A stretch of DNA of 64,000 nt from Candidatus Tetragenococcus pullicola (GCA_019115705.1 DXDB01000177.1:3051-67050), one strand, 5' to 3'. Shown: positions 1-9,980, numbered from the stretch's first letter. The notes: a model not told the origin generated them from the letters alone. Numbers and translations are program-made.

Positions 1-110
1 TCCTTTTTAATGACTACGTCGTGTTTAGAAAGTAGCTTTGCCATCTGCTCACTTATTTCATCAGGATAGTGGCCTTGCCAACCTCCTGATATAATCAAGA
101 TTTTTTTCAA
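1..110 (-). CDS. ThuA-like (class I glutamine-amidotransferase-like) protein, N-terminal ~36 codons only; the gene runs off the left edge
   Basis: The reverse strand reads AAAGGAGG, 8 nt, TTG, then LKKILIISGGWQGHYPDEISEQMAKLLSKHDVVIKK, a typical ThuA-family N-terminus. It is absent from the ORF track because it is partial. Confidence 0.4.
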   Translation of the reverse strand, partial: MKKILIISGGWQGHYPDEISEQMAKLLSKHDVVIKK

Positions 111-132
111 AAGAGCTGCCTCCTTTGCTTCA

Positions 133-942
133 TTAAGCCAGTGTTATTTTAAGCCATTGGGAAAATAAATCCGGCCATACCGCTACATCGTCTCTTATAT
201 TATCACTTTGTGGCAAGTCAGATTCGACACTTGCTAAACTAAGGCCATGACCGCCTTTAGGGAAAACGTGTAAGGCAAAAGGAATATCTTCTTTTCTTAG
301 GGCTTGTGCAAAAAGCAAACTATTTTCCGCCGGGACTAAGCCATCTTCTAACGTATGCCATAAAAAGGTTGGTGGTGTCTGTTTGGTCACTTTCTTTTCT
401 AAGGAAAACTCTTCTTTATGTGAAAGGTCATCACCCAAAAGTGCTTTGAATGAATCCTCATGCGAAAATTCACCGCTAGTAATCACAGGATAAGCAAGCA
501 TCAAGGCATTTGGTTGCCAATCTGAACTCTTTCCTTTTAGTTCTGCTGATAAAAAGTCTTCTTCCCAAAAAACACCCAAACTGGCAGCAAGATGGCCACC
601 TGCTGAAAAACCTGCGACGGCAATTTTTTCAGGATCTACTCCCCATTTATCACAATTTTGTCTGACCATTTTAACTGCACTAGCTAATTCTAACAGCGCT
701 TGGGGAAAAACAGCTGGTTTGACACTATAATTTAATACAAATGCTTGAAAGCCATAGTTGAGCATTTTAATTGCAATTGGTTCAGCTTCTCTTTCTGAAA
801 TAAATTCATAGCCTCCTCCCGGACAGATAATGACTGCTGGCCGTTTTCGGTCTAGTTGAATTTCTCGAAAATTTTCAATGACATAAGTATTCAGTGTAGC
901 TTTCCCATCCTTTATCGGAAGCATTATTTTTTCTTGAATCAT
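133..942 (-). CDS. alpha/beta hydrolase, esterase/lipase (Aes / acetyl-esterase type)
   Basis: 269-aa ORF with a CPGGGY oxyanion-hole-like motif and a GFSAGGH nucleophile elbow (GxSxG). Confidence 0.8.
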   Translation of the reverse strand: MIQEKIMLPIKDGKATLNTYVIENFREIQLDRKRPAVIICPGGGYEFISEREAEPIAIKMLNYGFQAFVLNYSVKPAVFPQALLELASAVKMVRQNCDKWGVDPEKIAVAGFSAGGHLAASLGVFWEEDFLSAELKGKSSDWQPNALMLAYPVITSGEFSHEDSFKALLGDDLSHKEEFSLEKKVTKQTPPTFLWHTLEDGLVPAENSLLFAQALRKEDIPFALHVFPKGGHGLSLASVESDLPQSDNIRDDVAVWPDLFSQWLKITLA

Positions 943-1007
943 TTTTTCACCTCAATATATTTTTTCTCTTTTATTGTACTACATTTTAATCCTTCTAGTA
1001 GAAAAAT

Positions 1008-1037
1008 CCCTCTGAAAAAAGTTTCAGAGGGAAAAAA
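1008..1037 (-). terminator. intrinsic terminator after glmU
   Basis: CCCTCTGAAA, 4 nt, TTTCAGAGGG stem followed on the minus strand by a T-run, directly after the glmU stop. Confidence 0.75.
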
Positions 1038-1038
1038 T

Positions 1039-2412
1039 TTATTGTTGATAAGGTACATGATCCGCATAGCCATCTTTGTTCACTTGACGAGCTCTGGCAA
1101 TTGCCAAGGTATTTTCTGGAACATCTTGGGTGATTGTGGAACCTGCCGCGGTGCAACTATTTGCTGCAATGTTTACTGGTCCAATGAGATTTGTTCCAGA
1201 GCCAATAAAACTGTGATTTCCAACGGTCGTATGATGTTTATTTTTTCCATCATAATTGACAAAAACTGTGCCACAACCCACATTGATGTCTTTTCCTAAG
1301 GTAGCATCGCCAACATATGTCAAATGGCCTACTTTTGTACCTTGACCAATCTCAGCTTTTTTCACTTCAACAAAATTACCAATATGTGCATGGGATCCAA
1401 TCTCTGCTTGCGGACGTAAATGAGCAAATGGCCCTACATCAGCTCCTTTTCGCACCAAACTTTCTTCGATCACTGAGGACTTGATAGTTACTTCATCTTC
1501 AATGGTACTATCAATAATTTGTGACTGAGCAGTAATCATACAGTTTTCCCCAATCACTGTTTGTCCTTTTAAAAAGACACCCGGCTCAATAACTGTCTCT
1601 GCACCGATCTTTATGCCTGCATCTATATAGGTTGTATCAGGATCAATAAAAGTGACGCCACTTAGCATATGACCACGATTGATTCGTTGTCGCATGATTT
1701 TATTAGCTTGTGCCAAAGCGACACGATCGTTAACTCCTAATGATTCTGAAAAATCATCCGTTTGATAAGCAGCTACATTTTTCCCTGCTTCTTTTAAAAT
1801 GCTGATAATATCTGTTAAATAATATTCACCTTGGGCATTATCAGTGGTAATTTTCTCTAACGCATCGAATAAAAGCTCATTGTCAAAACAATAAGTACCT
1901 GTATTGATTTCTTGAACTTGTGCCTCTTCACTAGAAGCATCCTTTTGTTCGACGATTCGATCAACGATTCCAACATGGTCTCGTAAAATACGTCCATACC
2001 CTGTTGGATCTTGAGCATGAGCCGTTAAGATCGTTGCTGCTGCCTTTTTTCCTTGGTGATAGTCAAAAAGATTATCTAAGGTTTGACTCGTTAGTAAAGG
2101 CGTGTCCCCACTGATTACAAGCGTTGTTCCTAATTTTCCTTTTAAAAACTCAGCCGCTTGTAACACCGCATGGCCAGTTCCTAATTGTTCTGCTTGCAAC
2201 GCATATTGGCTACGATCTTTTAACTGTTCCTTTACTTTATCAGCTCCATGCCCTACAATCGTTACAATTTCATTCGGATTTACTTCTTCTACACGTTCAA
2301 TAATATGCTCTACCATTGGCTTTCCACAAACAGGATGAAGTACCTTATAGAGGCTTGATTTCATCCGCGTTCCTTTACCAGCAGCCAAAATAATGGCATA
2401 ACGTTCGCCCAT
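1039..2412 (-). CDS. glmU: bifunctional UDP-GlcNAc pyrophosphorylase / GlcN-1-P N-acetyltransferase
   Basis: N-terminal LAAGKGTRM nucleotidyltransferase motif and C-terminal hexapeptide-repeat beta-helix. Start set at ATG 2412 (GGAG 9 nt upstream) instead of the ORF-track ATG at 2427. Confidence 0.95.
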   Translation of the reverse strand: MGERYAIILAAGKGTRMKSSLYKVLHPVCGKPMVEHIIERVEEVNPNEIVTIVGHGADKVKEQLKDRSQYALQAEQLGTGHAVLQAAEFLKGKLGTTLVISGDTPLLTSQTLDNLFDYHQGKKAAATILTAHAQDPTGYGRILRDHVGIVDRIVEQKDASSEEAQVQEINTGTYCFDNELLFDALEKITTDNAQGEYYLTDIISILKEAGKNVAAYQTDDFSESLGVNDRVALAQANKIMRQRINRGHMLSGVTFIDPDTTYIDAGIKIGAETVIEPGVFLKGQTVIGENCMITAQSQIIDSTIEDEVTIKSSVIEESLVRKGADVGPFAHLRPQAEIGSHAHIGNFVEVKKAEIGQGTKVGHLTYVGDATLGKDINVGCGTVFVNYDGKNKHHTTVGNHSFIGSGTNLIGPVNIAANSCTAAGSTITQDVPENTLAIARARQVNKDGYADHVPYQQ

Positions 2413-2513
2413 GTGTCTCAACTCCATTTTCTTTTACGGTTTAATTGCTTTTTAAGTGTAGCCCAATGGCCCAAAAATTTCAACTATATCTGCAATTTTT
2501 ACCTAGACCAATT

Positions 2514-2912
2514 TCATTGAAAGAATTCGGAAACCTCTCTTTTTGCCGCTTCCAATGAGTCTGAAGCATGAACTAAATTTTGCGTTTTGTTTAGACCAAA
2601 ATCACCGCGTAAAGTTCCCATCTCGGCTTCCTGAGGATCGGTCACGCCGACTAGTTGACGCACTTTTTTGATTACATTTTCTCCCTCCAAAACGATTACT
2701 ACTACCGGGCCAGACATCATGTATTCAATCAGTTCTTCAAAAAAGGTTTTTTCTTTTAGATGTTCATAGTGTTCATTTAACAAGGCTTCTGACAGCGTGG
2801 TTAATTTCATTTGTACAATTTTTAAATTCTTATCTTCAAAACGTTGTAAAATTCGTCCAATCAATTGCCTTTTTACACCATCGGGTTTAATAATAACTAA
2901 AGTTTTTTCCAT
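2514..2912 (-). CDS. ndk: nucleoside diphosphate kinase
   Basis: KTLVIIKPDGV and NLVHASDS motifs. Start set at ATG 2912 (MEKTLVII); the ORF-track start at 2966 adds 18 unconserved residues. Confidence 0.9.
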   Translation of the reverse strand: MEKTLVIIKPDGVKRQLIGRILQRFEDKNLKIVQMKLTTLSEALLNEHYEHLKEKTFFEELIEYMMSGPVVVIVLEGENVIKKVRQLVGVTDPQEAEMGTLRGDFGLNKTQNLVHASDSLEAAKREVSEFFQ

Positions 2913-3185
2913 TTCTCTACCGCTTCCTTTCCAACTGTTTCTTTTAGTATAACGAAATGACAGCAAAAAGAAAACACTTACAATAAAACTTATTTCTCGG
3001 AAAAAGCTTGCTCCTAAAAATTAAATGATCGATAGAATTCCCCCGGTCTTACCTAAGAAAACAGATTGTAAGGAATACTGTTTATAAACAAGTCTTCCTT
3101 TTTCTGTCAACTCGTCACTAGTTGTCAGATTTTCATTTGCTTCTTAATTGTCCATGATGTCAAAACTTTGTTTACCAAACTTCTC

Positions 3186-3448
3186 TTATGCTTCTGGTCT
3201 TGTTAAATACGCCATAAATTGATACGAAGTTTCTGGATTTTTAGCATTATAGGGAAGTTCCACATCAAAACCTCCACCCTAAGTATAGTCTGAATCCCTC
3301 CCATTTTGGCCAAAGGTATAATTTCAAAACTAAAATCATCAGAAGCATTTTTCATCATGTGAGTATAATAATTGATATTTTGAGCACGCATGGTAAATAA
3401 CCCAGAAATAAATATCTCAGACACACCAGAGTCAAATTCAGCTTCCAA
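3186..3448 (-). pseudogene. remnant of an extracellular solute-binding protein gene (frameshifted and truncated)
   Basis: ORF 3203-3448 and a shifted frame 3186-3278 reading GGGFDVELPYNAKNPETSYQFMAYLTRPEA*, which resembles the C-terminal part of PotD/sugar-type SBPs. There is an in-frame stop just upstream (~3452) and no intact gene. Confidence 0.35.
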
Positions 3449-3577
3449 TTTATTGATTGTCTCTTTGCTGTAATGTTTTTGCTATTTCGAGATCCATTCT
3501 ATAGCTTCTTCTTTGTTTATTTTCTTTTCTTAACCTGCTATACTATAGTAAGTAGTTTTTTGAAGAAGGGGAAAAAG

Positions 3578-4078
3578 ATGTTAGTTATTATCGATATGCA
3601 AAATCATATTTTAGATCATAAAAACGGGAGTTACGTTGCAAAGGCAAAAACAATTATCCCAAAAATTGCCGAGCGACTGAATAGCGCTCGGCAAAATGGA
3701 GAATATGTTCTTTTTACAAAAGATGTTCCCATAAGATATAAAGGAACATTAACTGAAGAGAATGATAGTTTTCAAATTATTTCACAGTTACAACCTTTAG
3801 CACACGAAAAGGTCTTACAGAAGTATTATTATACTCTTTCTCCTGAGATACTTCTTGATTTAAAGAGGACTCTTTTTAAAAGTAAAAAAGAACAAAAAAC
3901 AATTGAAATAGTCGGCGTTGAAACGAATCTCTGCGTTTTTTCAAACACACTTGCTTTACAAGGCGCTTTTCCTGAAGCAGATTTCATTATTAATTGTGAG
4001 TTGGTCGCAAGTTCTGACCAAGATGAAGAGGCACTCAAACTTCTAAAAAGATTTAATATCGATGTAAAAGAAAAATAG
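3578..4078 (+). CDS. isochorismatase-family cysteine hydrolase (nicotinamidase-like)
   Basis: MLVIIDMQN start and VGVETNLCV catalytic-cysteine motif. AAGGGG SD precedes ATG 3578; the ORF-track start at 3473 is an unlikely hydrophobic extension. Confidence 0.8.
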   Translation: MLVIIDMQNHILDHKNGSYVAKAKTIIPKIAERLNSARQNGEYVLFTKDVPIRYKGTLTEENDSFQIISQLQPLAHEKVLQKYYYTLSPEILLDLKRTLFKSKKEQKTIEIVGVETNLCVFSNTLALQGAFPEADFIINCELVASSDQDEEALKLLKRFNIDVKEK

Positions 4079-4110
4079 ATTAGGTGATTTACCTAGGTAT
4101 TACCAAAGCA

Positions 4111-4146
4111 AAAAAAGTGGAGAGTGAACTCTCCACTTTTTTGTTT
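4111..4146. terminator. bidirectional intrinsic terminator between convergent genes
   Basis: A-run, GTGGAGAG, TGAA, CTCTCCAC, T-run. Confidence 0.85.
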
Positions 4147-4147
4147 T

Positions 4148-4969
4148 CTACTCTTCGTTAAAGTAAGTCCCCGGCACAACTGAAATTGTTTTTGTCTGGG
4201 TGTTGACATCTTCTACATATAACAAAGAATCATAGTCAGTCACAATCCGTTTTCCTTTAAAATTCGCCTCAGCAAATACGGTTACTCCCACAAGTTCTGC
4301 TTCGAATTCATGAATCAGGCTCTGCATACCATTAATGGTGCCGCCGCCTTTCATAAAGTCATCAACGACCAAAACGCGAGAGCCTCGTTTTAAACTACGC
4401 TTGGACAACTCCATTTTTTCGATTCGTTCAGATGAACCAGAAACATAATTAACACTTACCGTTGAGCCTTCAGTTATTTTAGAGTCTCTACGAACGATAA
4501 CAAAGGGAGCATTCAAATAATAAGAGACCGCTTGTGCAATGGGTACTCCTTTTGTGGCAACTGTCATTACTGCATCTATTTTTTTATCGACATATTTTGA
4601 AGCGATAATTCTTCCTACTTGTCGCAATAATTGTGGTTCTCCTAAAAGATCAGATAAATATACATAACCCCCTGGTAATAAACGGTCTTGCTCAGACAGT
4701 CTTTCAGCCAACGAATCGATATATTTTTTTGCTTCTTCTTTATTAATAACCGGAATAAAAAGTACCCCACCTGCAGCTCCAGGTAGTGTTTCTAAAATAC
4801 CTGTTCCTCTTTCTTTAAACGTCCTCTTTACAATAGCTAGGTCCTCACTGATAGAAGATTTAGCAGATTCATACCGTTTTGCAAAAAATGTTAAGGAAAT
4901 TAATTCATGGGGATGTTCTAACAAATAGTGGGTCATATCAATCAGCCGTTCACTCCGACGAACTTTCAA
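4148..4969 (-). CDS. purR: pur operon repressor (PRT-fold)
   Basis: KVRRSERLIDMTHYLLEHPHELISLTFFAKRYESAKSSISEDL matches the PurR N-terminus. The C-terminal VLVVDDFMKGGGT is a PRPP-binding loop. Start set at TTG 4969 (AAGGAG 8 nt upstream). Confidence 0.9.
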   Translation of the reverse strand: MKVRRSERLIDMTHYLLEHPHELISLTFFAKRYESAKSSISEDLAIVKRTFKERGTGILETLPGAAGGVLFIPVINKEEAKKYIDSLAERLSEQDRLLPGGYVYLSDLLGEPQLLRQVGRIIASKYVDKKIDAVMTVATKGVPIAQAVSYYLNAPFVIVRRDSKITEGSTVSVNYVSGSSERIEKMELSKRSLKRGSRVLVVDDFMKGGGTINGMQSLIHEFEAELVGVTVFAEANFKGKRIVTDYDSLLYVEDVNTQTKTISVVPGTYFNEE

Positions 4970-5087
4970 ACGATCCAACTCCTTTTCTATAATTCTATTT
5001 GATTCTATTATAAAGCTTTTCAAGAACTATTTCGAGTATTTTCTTAAAAATTTGAAATATTGTTCGTGCTTTTTACTCAACAGTAAA

Positions 5088-5123
5088 TTAAAACACGAGA
5101 AATTTTCGTCTCTCGTGTTTTAG
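5088..5123 (-). terminator. intrinsic terminator after the znuCB operon
   Basis: AAAACACGAGA, 10 nt, TCTCGTGTTTT with a T-run on the minus strand. Confidence 0.8.
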
Positions 5124-5128
5124 ATTGA

Positions 5129-5959
5129 TTAATCGATTTGTTGTTTACGTCGAAGTTTGACTAGAATCAATTTTAGCAAATTAATAAACAAAAAAAGACC
5201 TATAAAGACCAAAGTAATCGTCGCCCCTGGTGGTGTATCAAGGTAAAAAGAGCTTGTTAGACCACTGACCATACCTATTAAACCTACCACAACACTAATA
5301 AAAATTACGGCATTAAAACTTTTACCTAATCGCATGCCAATTGCTGCGGGTAAAACAATGATTGCTGAGATTAAAAGAGCTCCCGCAATTGGAATCATGA
5401 TTGCTATTGCTACCCCTGTCAAAATATTAAAAGCCATTGACATCTTTTGAGTCGGAAGACCGTCCACATAAGCTGTTTCTTCATCAAAAGTTAACACATA
5501 CATTGGTTTTTTAAACAAAAAGAATAGTAAGGCCGTAATGACAAATAAAACACCTAGAAAGATTACTTGACTTTGGGTAATCGTCACAATCGATCCGAAG
5601 AGATAAGATTGGATACTTACCGAAGAATTACCACCACTTTGATTCATCAACACAAGTGCTAGTGCCAATCCACCTGCCATCAAGATAGCAATAGAAATTT
5701 CTGAATAGCCACGATACATTGTTCGTAAATATTCCAGTAAAATAGCTCCTAAAACGACTACAACAAGTGTCGTCAAAGTAGGATTCAAATTTAGATAAAA
5801 TCCCAAAGCAACACCTGCTAACGAGACATGGGATAATGTATCAGCCATCAAGGACTGTCTTCGTAATACTAAAAACACTCCCAGCATTGGTGCAATGCCT
5901 GCAATAAACAGAGCAGCTAAAAAAGCTCGTCTCATGAACTCATATGAAAACAACGCCAT
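5129..5959 (-). CDS. znuB: metal (zinc-type) ABC transporter permease
   Basis: 276-aa polytopic membrane ORF of the ZnuB/AdcB/MntB type. It overlaps the upstream ATPase gene by 28 nt. Confidence 0.85.
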   Translation of the reverse strand: MALFSYEFMRRAFLAALFIAGIAPMLGVFLVLRRQSLMADTLSHVSLAGVALGFYLNLNPTLTTLVVVVLGAILLEYLRTMYRGYSEISIAILMAGGLALALVLMNQSGGNSSVSIQSYLFGSIVTITQSQVIFLGVLFVITALLFFLFKKPMYVLTFDEETAYVDGLPTQKMSMAFNILTGVAIAIMIPIAGALLISAIIVLPAAIGMRLGKSFNAVIFISVVVGLIGMVSGLTSSFYLDTPPGATITLVFIGLFLFINLLKLILVKLRRKQQID

Positions 5960-6612
5960 TGGGAATCTTCCTTTCGTACCAATCGAATTTGGCGATCGGC
6001 ATATTCTTTGATATCCTCATGATCATGCGTAATCATAAGAACTGCTTTATTATGTTTGTGAGCACTATGTCGCAACAGTCGATAAAAATTTTTACGTGAT
6101 TGTTCATCCATACCATTGGTTGGTTCATCTAAAATAAAAAGGTCGGGATCTGTCGCAAAGACGCGGGCCAAACTAATGCGTTGCTTTTGTCCCCCTGAGA
6201 GCTCACCAATCCTCTTTTGGCGCATATCCCACATATTTACAGCTTCTAAAGCCTTCTTCACATGCTCATGATCTTTTTCTGTTAGCTTTTTAAACCAACG
6301 ATCTCTAGGATAGCGTCCTGAACTGACCAATTCATAGACCGTACTAGGAAACCCGACATTAAAAGAAGAAATTTGCTGAGGAATATAGCCAATGCTGATT
6401 TTTTTTCCGTCCACATTTTTTTTAGAAATCGTTACTTGTCCCTTTGCTGGTTTTAATAAACCTAAAGTTGCTCGTATTAAAGTAGATTTAGCCGCTCCAT
6501 TCTCTCCAGTTAATATGACAAATTCTCCGTCTTCCACATGATAGCTGACATCTTCTAAGACTGGCTCTTCATCATAATAAAAGGTTAGGTTTTCGACTTT
6601 AATATAGTTCAA
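5932..6612 (-). CDS. znuC: metal (zinc-type) ABC transporter ATP-binding protein
   Basis: Walker [10 protein letters not shown], signature LSGGQKQR and Walker B LFILDEPT. Start set at TTG 6612 (AAAGGAGG 7 nt upstream). Confidence 0.85.
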   Translation of the reverse strand: MNYIKVENLTFYYDEEPVLEDVSYHVEDGEFVILTGENGAAKSTLIRATLGLLKPAKGQVTISKKNVDGKKISIGYIPQQISSFNVGFPSTVYELVSSGRYPRDRWFKKLTEKDHEHVKKALEAVNMWDMRQKRIGELSGGQKQRISLARVFATDPDLFILDEPTNGMDEQSRKNFYRLLRHSAHKHNKAVLMITHDHEDIKEYADRQIRLVRKEDSQWRCFHMSS

Positions 6613-6649
6613 AAAATAGCCTCCTTTGTATAAAAATAATTCTATACCT

Positions 6650-6670
6650 AAATCGGATAAATTACGATTT
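6650..6670. promoter_or_regulatory. Zur box
   Basis: AAATCGGATAAATTACGATTT versus the Firmicute Zur consensus AAATCGTAATnATTACGATTT. The right half is perfect and the left half has 3 mismatches. It lies 38 nt upstream of the znuC start. Confidence 0.6.
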
Positions 6671-6757
6671 AAAACAATAAATAATTTACCAAAGAAAAAC
6701 TCATCCGTCAAGAAAAAGAAATACCTAGTTTAAATCTATCGGAAACAGCCAAGCAAG

Positions 6758-6800
6758 CAAAAAAAGAGCCCCTAAGCATTACCGATGTAATACCTAGGGA
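6758..6800 (-). terminator. intrinsic terminator after ispE
   Basis: Minus strand CCCTAGGTATTAC, ATCG, GTAATGCTTAGGG followed by GCTCTTTTTTT. Confidence 0.7.
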
Positions 6801-6806
6801 GATGAG

Positions 6807-7658
6807 TTAACTTAATGTCCTTACTAAATAAACTTCATCGCAAAAGCCTTTCAAACCATTGACAATTCGTTGAGCTCGTGATTGTTTTTTACACAAGGCA
6901 AAAACTGTAGGACCACTACCACTCATTAAAGCCGTATCCGCACCATATTTCACCATACGTTCTTTGATTTGTTGGACAATCGGATGTTTGGGAATCGTAA
7001 CATCTTCTAGACTGTTGCCCATATGTTGAATCATTTGTTGATAATCTTGTTGCAAAATAGCTTCAGACAATTTCATCATGTCTGGATGAGAGATTTCTTC
7101 TATATCAACTTGTTGAAAAATTTTTCTTGTAGAAACACTCATACGAGGTTTGACCAAAACTACCCAACAGGCAGGCATGGGTAATAACGGCTCTACTTTT
7201 TCACCTTTTCCCGAAATAAAAGAAGTTGTGCCATATAAACAATAAGGCACATCAGTACCAACTTGCATACCAATGTCAATCAATTCTTCTATGGAAAGAT
7301 TCAGATTCCACAATCGATTCATACCCCTTAAAGCTGCCGCACAATCGGTACTGCCCCCACCAAGGCCAGCTGCAACTGGAATGTTTTTTGTCACAGAAAT
7401 TTTGATTCCTTCTTTGATACCGTATTGTTTTTTTACAATTGCTGCTGCTTGATAAACATTATTGCGTTTATCAACAGGAAGAAAGGCTTTATTGGATTGA
7501 ACAATTATTTGATCTTTTTCAATCGGTTCTAGTACTATACGATCTGCCAGATCAACACTAGACATAACCATTTCTAATTCATGATAGCCATCTGTTCGTT
7601 TTTCTAAAACATCAAGTCCTAGATTGATTTTGGCTGGCGCTTTTTCAATAATCTCCAT
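6807..7658 (-). CDS. ispE: 4-diphosphocytidyl-2-C-methyl-D-erythritol kinase homologue (GHMP kinase)
   Basis: APAKINLGLDV N-terminus and PVAAGLGGGSTDCAA GHMP motif. Start taken at ATG 7658. Confidence 0.85.
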   Translation of the reverse strand: MEIIEKAPAKINLGLDVLEKRTDGYHELEMVMSSVDLADRIVLEPIEKDQIIVQSNKAFLPVDKRNNVYQAAAIVKKQYGIKEGIKISVTKNIPVAAGLGGGSTDCAAALRGMNRLWNLNLSIEELIDIGMQVGTDVPYCLYGTTSFISGKGEKVEPLLPMPACWVVLVKPRMSVSTRKIFQQVDIEEISHPDMMKLSEAILQQDYQQMIQHMGNSLEDVTIPKHPIVQQIKERMVKYGADTALMSGSGPTVFALCKKQSRAQRIVNGLKGFCDEVYLVRTLS

Positions 7659-7870
7659 TCTATCACCCACTTATAACAAGAGTGTCACGTTCATTAGACA
7701 ACCCAAAAAGTATATCATATTTTTCTCGTGAATCATTCACCCTTTTCATTCTTATGTCTATTTTAGCAAATTTTAGGCTTGTTCACACTTAAAAAATTCT
7801 AATCTATTAAAAAAATCACTTTCGCCTATAAAAATTTAGATAATAAGTTGCTTTAAACGTGAACAAAAAC

Positions 7871-7905
7871 AAAAAAGCTAGCCTGTCGTCAGCTAGCTTT
7901 TTTGT
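7871..7905. terminator. bidirectional intrinsic terminator after treP
   Basis: AAAAAAGCTAGC, 9 nt, GCTAGCTTTTTT. Confidence 0.8.
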
Positions 7906-7915
7906 TTAACTCTTA

Positions 7916-9898
7916 CTATCCTTTTAGGATCACTTCACCTAAACGAGATTTAGCAGAAACTTCCCCTGATTTTTCTACTTTTAAGTCAGAAACTTTTTCA
8001 GCGTTGGTAAAGACCGTCAAAATATCGGTTTTCTTCCCTGCTTGCGTCACTTTCTCTAAGTCCATTTCAGCTAAAAGCGTTTCTGGTGTTACTTTTTCGT
8101 CTTCGTCGACTTTAATGGTAAATGGTTCTCCCTTTAACTCAACCGTATCTAAGCCCATGTGAACAAGCACTTCAGCCCCACCTGGCGTTAAAATTCCAAT
8201 GGCATGTTTGGTCTCAAAAATACTTGAAATCGTTCCACTTACTGGTGCATATACGTGCCCATTTTTAGGTTGTACGGCATACCCATCTCCCATCATTTTT
8301 TGAGAGAATACTGGATCTGATACTTCTTCGATGGGTAGTAACGTCCCATCAGTCGGTGCAAATAGTTCTTCTGTCGTTACAGTTTCTGTTTTTTCATTGG
8401 CAACTGAGGGGTCTTCCACAGTCGTTTCGCCTGTCATCACGACGCCTTCTGGTGTAACCAGTTCAGGTTCAACGCGATCAATTTTATTGAAAATATTATA
8501 TTTACGGAAAACAGCCGTCAAAACAAGTGGAATGACAAAAGCAATAAGCATGGCAATAGCAAAGCCCCACCATCCAGCTCCAATTTCTCCATTAATCGAT
8601 AAGATACCTGGTAAGCCACCGACACCGATCGAATTTGCCCGTACGTTCATTAAATTATTAAACATCCCAGCAAAAGCAGAACCTATCATTGCGGCCACAA
8701 ATGGATAAACATATTTCAAGTTGATCCCAAACATCGCCGGCTCGGTAACACCTAGGTAACAAGAAATGGTAGCTGGAATCGATACTTGTTCTTCTTTTTC
8801 ATTCCCACGGTGTAAGAAAACAACTGCTAATACGGCAGAACCTTGGGCAATATTGGATAAGGCAATCATCGGCCATAAGTTGGTTGTATCAAAACTTGAA
8901 ATCAACTGTAAGTCGATGGCATTGGTCATATGGTGTAATCCTGTAATAACCAATGGCGCATAGAGTCCTCCGAACAAGAAACTGAATAACCAGCTGACAG
9001 AAGAAGACAATCCCGCATTGACAACTTTAGAAATTAAATCACCTAACCACCAACCGACTGGTCCTAAAATAACATGTGCAGCAATAATTGTTGGTAATAA
9101 TGACAATAATGGCACAAAAATCATCGAGACAGCTTCTGGTATGTGTTTTCTGAAAAAGATTTCCAAATAGGCGAGTAAGAAACCAGCTAACATGGCCGGA
9201 ATGACCTGTGCTTGGTAACCAATCTTATCAATTTGGAAAAAGCCAAAATCCCAATTCGGTATATCAGCTGCGGCTGTAGTAGCCACATCATAGGCGTTTA
9301 ACAGCTGTGGAGATACCAAGGTAATACCGAGGACAATCCCTAAAATTTGTGTGGTCCCCATTTTACGAGTAATACTCCACGTAATTCCAATTGGTAAGAA
9401 GTGGAAAATAGCTTCTCCTGGTAGCCATAAGAAGTCATTTACGCCAGCCCAAAAAACTGAATTTTCAACAATAGTCGATCCGCCAAATTCAATACCTTCT
9501 AAGATATTACGGAAACCTAAGATCAACCCACCAACAATAATAGCTGGGATGATTGGAGTGAATATTTCTGCTAAAACAGCAATTGCACGTTGCAAAGCTG
9601 GTTGATTCTTTTTCGCAGCTTTTTTCGTTTCTTCCTTTGAAACACCTTCAATTCCCGAAATATCAGAAAATTCATTGTAAAACGTTGCAACATCATTTCC
9701 AATAATTACTTGAAACTGTCCTGCGTTAGTAAACATTCCTTTGACACTAGGAATATCATCGATCGCATCTTTATCCGCCTTTGACTCATCATTTAACACA
9801 AAACGCATCCGCGTGGCACAATGGGTAACAGCCGAAATATTTTCTTTGCCGCCAATGTCTTTTAATAACTGCTTGGCATCTTCTTGGTACTTTCCCAT
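7916..9898 (-). CDS. treP: PTS trehalose-family EIIBCA component
   Basis: EIIB motif ISAVTHCATRMRF, a polytopic EIIC, and a C-terminal Glc-family EIIA (VLVHMGLDTVELKG). Specificity is inferred from the adjacent trePP-pgmB-treR genes. Confidence 0.85.
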   Translation of the reverse strand: MGKYQEDAKQLLKDIGGKENISAVTHCATRMRFVLNDESKADKDAIDDIPSVKGMFTNAGQFQVIIGNDVATFYNEFSDISGIEGVSKEETKKAAKKNQPALQRAIAVLAEIFTPIIPAIIVGGLILGFRNILEGIEFGGSTIVENSVFWAGVNDFLWLPGEAIFHFLPIGITWSITRKMGTTQILGIVLGITLVSPQLLNAYDVATTAAADIPNWDFGFFQIDKIGYQAQVIPAMLAGFLLAYLEIFFRKHIPEAVSMIFVPLLSLLPTIIAAHVILGPVGWWLGDLISKVVNAGLSSSVSWLFSFLFGGLYAPLVITGLHHMTNAIDLQLISSFDTTNLWPMIALSNIAQGSAVLAVVFLHRGNEKEEQVSIPATISCYLGVTEPAMFGINLKYVYPFVAAMIGSAFAGMFNNLMNVRANSIGVGGLPGILSINGEIGAGWWGFAIAMLIAFVIPLVLTAVFRKYNIFNKIDRVEPELVTPEGVVMTGETTVEDPSVANEKTETVTTEELFAPTDGTLLPIEEVSDPVFSQKMMGDGYAVQPKNGHVYAPVSGTISSIFETKHAIGILTPGGAEVLVHMGLDTVELKGEPFTIKVDEDEKVTPETLLAEMDLEKVTQAGKKTDILTVFTNAEKVSDLKVEKSGEVSAKSRLGEVILKG

Positions 9899-9923
9899 AA
9901 TAATTCCTCCTAATTTAAAAAAA

Positions 9924-9947
9924 TTGTATATACATGTATGATTACAA
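9924..9947. promoter_or_regulatory. putative tandem TreR (HutC-type) operators
   Basis: TTGTATATACA followed by TGTATGATTACAA, both GT-N-TA...TA-N-AC type palindromes, just downstream of the predicted treP -10. Confidence 0.4.
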
Positions 9948-9951
9948 AAAT

Positions 9952-9980
9952 ATAATAACGTGAAAGAAAATAAATTGCAA
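9952..9980 (-). promoter_or_regulatory. sigma-A type promoter of treP
   Basis: Minus strand TTGCAA, 17 nt, TATTAT. Confidence 0.5.

Noticed and set aside
856-1299. Numerous ORF-track ORFs lying antisense to or inside large conserved genes. Examples: 856-1299, 2102-2338, 3829-4038, 7902-8162, 8331-8708, 8766-8963, 9351-9605, 9741-9941, 11088-11315, 13164-13451, 15938-16147, 16262-16676, 17196-17384, 18545-18775, 19965-20159, 20510-21058, 21737-22648, 24098-24409, 25198-25389, 26864-27055, 27390-27644, 28379-29091, 29488-30138, 30626-31847, 34312-34521, 35279-35545, 39015-39916, 41200-41427, 42221-42496, 42922-43122, 45254-45748, 47348-47542, 50126-50344, 53682-53891, 55894-56115, 57092-57283, 57590-57799, 60158-60881, 62440-62688.
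   Set aside because: Each overlaps a well-supported gene on the other strand or frame, lacks an SD, and has low-complexity or biased composition typical of shadow ORFs.
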